DNA of 63,933 bases from Stylophora pistillata. Its lineage: Eukaryota. The position numbers and the translations under genes are program-made. The DNA lies in contig NW_019217964.1 of NCBI RefSeq assembly GCF_002571385.2, forward strand, positions 62,001 through 125,933. The letters run 5' to 3'. The notes below the pieces were generated by a model that searched no databases, had not been told where the DNA came from, and worked only from the letters and a program-made list of their open reading frames with translations. Every line of letters begins with the position of its first letter. Positions within the stretch are counted from its first letter, which is position 1. Positions 62,275 through 63,933 of this stretch are shown here, one piece after another.

Positions 62275-63933
62275 GCAATCAAAAGTCACTCTACGAGAAG
62301 TCGTTGAAATAGCCAAAAGCCACGAGGCAACCACATTTGCAAACCAGTTAATGAAAAATGCCCGAGGCAACCAGCAGGAGCAGGTAAACTTCACAAAGAA
62401 GACAAAACCCGAATACCACAGCTCCGACACCTTAACAACGGCCTGCTTCTGGTGTTGCGGTGAACATCCCAGCCCTCGTCAACAGCATTGTCCAGCGTTC
62501 GGGAAACGATGCAACAAGTGTGGAATCATTGGCCATTTTGCTCGTGCATGCAGAGGAGGAACGAGAATTGGTAGAAGACGACATCAGCAATTGAATTTTG
62601 TTGATGATGACCCTGATGAAGAGGCATTTGTTATAAATGATCAAGCAGCGCCAGTCGGTGCAAAGAAATTCTTTGCTCACCTACACCTCATCCATGGGAG
62701 GCGGTCGAAAATTGTTAAAGCTCAAATCGACTCGGCGTCGACCTGTAACACTATGCCAAGTTCAGTATCAAGCCAGCTATTCCCGAATTTGAAAACCTCA
62801 AAGACGAAAAGCAGAATCAACACCTACGGAAACCAAACAATGAAACCAGAAGGTCAAGTAACCCTCGTGTGTGAGAGGAAGGGCAAATTCCACACAATTG
62901 ATTTCCTAGTGGTGAACGTTCTGGACGACAAGCCTCCACTTCTTAGCAGACGAGACGCACAGGCTTTAAAGTATTTGACCATCTATGCAAACGAGACAAA
63001 CGCAGTCGAGGAGGAGACCACACAAAATACGCAGAAACTGCCTGCACTCGGCAAATTGACTTCAGAGGACATCCTAAAGCACTACCCCAATGTTTTTAAA
63101 CCAGGACGCGGGAAGCCTCTTGGGAGCCCCATGCAGATCGACTTGGACCCGTCAGTCACACCCGTTCATGCCCCCACTCGCCGTGTTCCAGTGGCAATAT
63201 TAAACAGGGTCAATGAAGAGCTGAAAAGGCTCTGTGAAGAAGGAATTATAAGGCCGGTAACCCAACCTACCAATTGGCTGTCCAATATGCTGGTTAAGGA
63301 AAAACCTAATGGCAAACTTCGCATCTGCATCAATCCGAGCCAAACCATAAACAAGGCAACCAAAAGGCCCAAATACACCATACCCACAATCGAAGAGAGG
63401 CTACCGCTTCTGACAAACGCCAAGGTATTCACCGTCGTTGATGTTTCTGAGGCATTTCATACTATTGAACTGGATGAAGACTCTTCCCTTCTAACAACTT
63501 TCCGGGGGCCAAATGGTCGCTATTGTTACAATCGGATGCCCTTTGGTATTGCCTCAGGACCAGAAGAATATCAGCGGCGACAACATGAATTTCTGGACGG
63601 ATTGAATGGGGTAATCAACATCGCAGATGACATCTGTGTTTATGGCTGTGGCAACACTAAGGAAGAAGCCGACATAGATCATGACCGAAATCTTATACAT
63701 CTACTTGAGAAGTGCAATGAACACGATCTTCGACTTTCCGCTAAAAAAATTCAATTTAAGTCTAGCTCTGTTTCATTTATGGGGCACCGACTTACCAAAA
63801 ATGGAGTACAGCCGGATCCGAGCAAAGTAGCTGCGATCACAGGAATGCCAACCCCAGCAGATAAGGCCGCATTGCAACGTTTCCTAGGAATGTGCCAGTA
63901 CTTGTCCAAGTTCTGCCCAAACTTGTCCCAAAC
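62275..63933 (+). mobile_element. Ty3/Gypsy LTR retrotransposon gag-pol (partial; runs off the window)
   Basis: Zinc knuckle CNKCGIIGHFARAC, protease AQIDSASTCN, RT motifs LRICINP, VVDVSEAF, RMPFGIASGPEEYQ and IADDICVYG; begins at the single N at 62274. Confidence 0.95.

Overview
Eukaryotic, AT-rich, intron-containing animal DNA; repeat and gene content suggest a cnidarian, probably a stony coral (inference). The contig has N gaps at 23727, 31293-31312, 47665-47829 and 62274. Gene order: MIase-like A (+, 5'-partial), intronless class A GPCR-1 (+), three tandem two-exon SID-1/SIDT genes (-; a = degraded pseudogene, b = intact 887 aa, c = three homopolymer frameshifts), GPCR-2 (+, split by a 1.7-kb palindromic DNA transposon with RecQ-helicase remnants and a 9-bp TSD), MIase-like B and C (+), 14-exon MED17 (-), and a Ty3/Gypsy gag-pol running off the end. 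The most novel signal is mostly missed by the ORF track: a three-member family of 5-exon genes with a conserved 28-nt microexon, encoding tandem muconolactone-delta-isomerase (CatC)-like domains, which bracket the GPCR/SID-1 cluster. Mobile DNA includes Penelope-like elements with hammerhead ribozyme motifs, a Kolobok-type element, CR1/L2 LINE fragments, a solo LTR, a tRNA-derived inverted array and many MITEs. All gene models were spliced by hand; family assignments come from motif recognition, not database searches.
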